A stretch of 62,632 bases of DNA, counting the filler. It is 5 parts of 5 records of this genome, joined end to end, with 100 filler letters (N's around TTAATTAATTAA, not from the genome) between each part and the next. Parts side by side here need not be neighbours in the genome. Positions count along the whole stretch, not along the records: positions 49,236 to 62,632 come from DRR378314_90; 4 more parts are not named here. One strand, given 5' to 3'. Positions 60,414 through 62,632 of the stretch are shown here, piece by piece (position 1 is the first letter of the stretch; every line of letters begins with the position of its first letter). A program made the position numbers and the translations under genes. The notes under the pieces are model-generated. The model worked only from the letters and a program-made list of their open reading frames with translations, ran no database searches and was not told where the DNA came from.

Positions 60414-62588
60414 ATGAGCGCACTAAAAGCCAAGCGAGCCTTATTCTCGTACCCTAAGTATTGGGCAGAATGTTATGGCACAGCACCATTTTTACCTACA
60501 ACTCGACAAGAGATGGATGCACTTGGCTGGGATAGCTGCGATATCATTATTATAAGTGGCGATGCGTATGTTGATCACCCAAGTTTTGGCATGGCGGTTA
60601 TTGGCCGAGTACTCGAAGCGCAAGGTTTTAGAGTAGGTATTATTGCTCAGCCAGATTGGCAGTCAAAAGATGCCTTTATGGAACTTGGTCGCCCTAACTT
60701 ATTTTTTGGTGTGACAGCCGGTAACATGGACTCGATGATCAATCGTTATACGGCTGAAAAGCGTATGCGCCATGATGATGCTTATACACCGGGTAATATG
60801 GGGGGCAAACGGCCTGATCGCGCCGTGATGATTTACTCACAAAAATGCCGCGAAGCCTACAAAGGCATTCCTATTGTTATCGGTGGTATAGAAGCAAGCC
60901 TTCGTCGTATAGCGCACTATGACTATTGGCAGGAAAAAGTACGCCGCAGTATTTTATTTGATGCCAAAGCGGATATTCTTATTTATGGTAATGCTGAACG
61001 CCCGCTGGTGGAAGTCGCTCACCGCATCGCTGCTGGTGAAACCATGGATACCATTCAAGACATTCGTGGTACTGCGGTTATTCGTAAAGAGCCCATACCC
61101 GGATGGCGCGGTAGTGATTCAACAGCCATTGATAAAATTGGCAAAATTGATCCAATTCCAAACCCGTATGGTGCAGACGATGTAGGCTGTAGTAAAAGTG
61201 AATTCAAGCAAGCCGGCATTGATTTAAAGGCCGAAGCGGCCAAGCCAATTACGATACAACCTGCGCGCCCTAAACCATGGGAAAAAACCTACGTTAAGTT
61301 GCCAGCGTTTGAGCAAGTAAGCGTTAACAAGCCGCTGTATGCGCATGCCTCACGTATTTTGCACCAAGAAACTAACCCAGGTTGTGCCCGTGCGTTGTTC
61401 CAGCGTCATGGCGACCGCTCTATTTGGGTAAACCCGCCAGCGTATCCGCTGGAAACTCATGAAATGGATGCCGTGTTTGGTCTGCCGTATCAGCGTATAC
61501 CACACCCAAGCTATGGTGATGCGAAAATCCCAGCCTACGATATGATTAAAACCTCGGTTAATATTATGCGCGGTTGTTTTGGTGGGTGTTCTTTTTGTTC
61601 AATCACAGAGCATGAAGGGCGTATTATTCAAAGTCGCTCGCAAGAGTCGATCATTGATGAAATTGAACAAATTCGCGATAAAGTACCGGGTTTTACAGGT
61701 GTTATTTCTGATTTAGGTGGCCCTACAGCGAACATGTATAAGTTGCGTTGTAAGAGCAAAAAAGCCGAGAGTACGTGTCGTCGTTTATCATGTGTTTATC
61801 CTGATATTTGTAAGCATATGGATACTGACCATACGCCAACCATCGATTTATACAAAAAAGCGCGCGAAGTAAAAGGGGTTAAGAAAATCCTGATTGCATC
61901 GGGTGTACGCTATGATTTAGCAGTGCAAGATCCACGCTATGTAAAAGAGCTCGTTACGCACCATGTGGGCGGGTATTTAAAAATAGCACCGGAGCATACC
62001 GAAGACGGGCCATTATCAAAAATGATGAAACCCGGTATGGGCGCTTACGATCAATTTAAAGAACTTTTTGATAAGTACTCGAAAGAGGCGGGTAAAAAGC
62101 AGTATTTGATCCCGTACTTTATCTCGGCTCACCCGGGCACAAAAGATGAAGACATGGTAAACATGGCATTATGGCTCAAGTCTAATGATTTTAAACTTGA
62201 CCAAGTGCAAAACTTTTACCCATCGCCGATGGCTAACGCCACGACTATTTACCACACTGAGATGAACTCGCTACGTAATATTAAAAATAATACTGAGCAA
62301 GTAGCAGTGCCAAAAGGCGCGCGCCAACGCCGCTTACATAAAGCTATTTTACGTTACCATGATCCAGCAGGTTGGCCGATGATCCGTGAAGCACTTCGTA
62401 AAATGGGTAAAGCAAAGCTCATTGGTAAAGGCCCTAACTGCCTAGTGCCAGAAGAAAGCCGCGATGAAAAGTCTGCCAAAGCGAGCAAAGGTGGCCGTCC
62501 TGCACTTAGCCGCCATACGGGCTTTAGCCAATTTAAAAAGGCCAATACTAAGCCAAGAGTAGGCGGTAACCGTCAACGCGCAAGGTAA
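60414..62588 (+). CDS. ygiQ: UPF0313 radical SAM protein YgiQ
   Basis: [38 protein letters not shown]. Confidence 0.95.
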   Translation: MSALKAKRALFSYPKYWAECYGTAPFLPTTRQEMDALGWDSCDIIIISGDAYVDHPSFGMAVIGRVLEAQGFRVGIIAQPDWQSKDAFMELGRPNLFFGVTAGNMDSMINRYTAEKRMRHDDAYTPGNMGGKRPDRAVMIYSQKCREAYKGIPIVIGGIEASLRRIAHYDYWQEKVRRSILFDAKADILIYGNAERPLVEVAHRIAAGETMDTIQDIRGTAVIRKEPIPGWRGSDSTAIDKIGKIDPIPNPYGADDVGCSKSEFKQAGIDLKAEAAKPITIQPARPKPWEKTYVKLPAFEQVSVNKPLYAHASRILHQETNPGCARALFQRHGDRSIWVNPPAYPLETHEMDAVFGLPYQRIPHPSYGDAKIPAYDMIKTSVNIMRGCFGGCSFCSITEHEGRIIQSRSQESIIDEIEQIRDKVPGFTGVISDLGGPTANMYKLRCKSKKAESTCRRLSCVYPDICKHMDTDHTPTIDLYKKAREVKGVKKILIASGVRYDLAVQDPRYVKELVTHHVGGYLKIAPEHTEDGPLSKMMKPGMGAYDQFKELFDKYSKEAGKKQYLIPYFISAHPGTKDEDMVNMALWLKSNDFKLDQVQNFYPSPMANATTIYHTEMNSLRNIKNNTEQVAVPKGARQRRLHKAILRYHDPAGWPMIREALRKMGKAKLIGKGPNCLVPEESRDEKSAKASKGGRPALSRHTGFSQFKKANTKPRVGGNRQRAR

Positions 62589-62602
62589 GTTAATACGCTC
62601 AT

Positions 62603-62632
62603 AAAAACGCCCAGCAATTGCTGGGCGTTTTT
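62603..62632. terminator. Intrinsic terminator (perfect 30-nt palindrome)
   Basis: AAAAACGCCCAGCAATTGCTGGGCGTTTTT. Confidence 0.85.

Noticed and set aside
1-62632. CRISPR arrays, prophage, transposases, rRNA
   Set aside because: No regularly spaced repeats, phage or transposase ORFs, or rRNA-like sequence were seen by eye

Overview
This window is not one chromosome. It consists of five contigs joined by four identical 100-nt spacers (44 N + TTAATTAATTAA + 44 N) and comes from at least three organisms. Contig 1 (1-18987) is a GC-rich Rhodobacteraceae/Roseobacter-type segment: flhA and a lytic transglycosylase, an nreAB-like nickel/cobalt module, rnd-kdsD-lptCAB-hpf-ptsN, CAP protein/L,D-transpeptidase/small protein, hemH, comF-grxC-nitrilase-marR, ubiG, pip and rimP-nusA. 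Contig 2 (19088-26747) is an AT-rich Flavobacteriaceae-type segment: a serB-serA fusion, gcvP, marC and a long PLP enzyme. Contigs 3-5 (26848-37460, 37561-49135, 49236-62632) look like a marine gammaproteobacterium, most likely Pseudoalteromonas-like: lnt-corC-ybeY-phoH-miaB-ubiF-tRNA-Gln; the pdsS-pdsR-pdsO-target-sortase cluster with proB and gltX; and zur-dusA-psp-PCu(A)C-DUF2333 through ygiQ. The strongest leads are five. (i) A Gram-negative dedicated sortase system whose regulator has a ChvI-like DNA-binding domain and whose promoter carries helically phased TTGCC repeats. (ii) A 60-aa Roseobacter protein encoded right after an L,D-transpeptidase, shaped like a minimal peptidoglycan-to-membrane tether. 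(iii) An auxiliary sigma54 psp operon at the dusA-pspG locus. (iv) A probable AUU start codon on an SRPBCC gene. (v) An identical CA-rich 12-mer ahead of both serA and gcvP. All family assignments come from motif recognition; no database searches were run.
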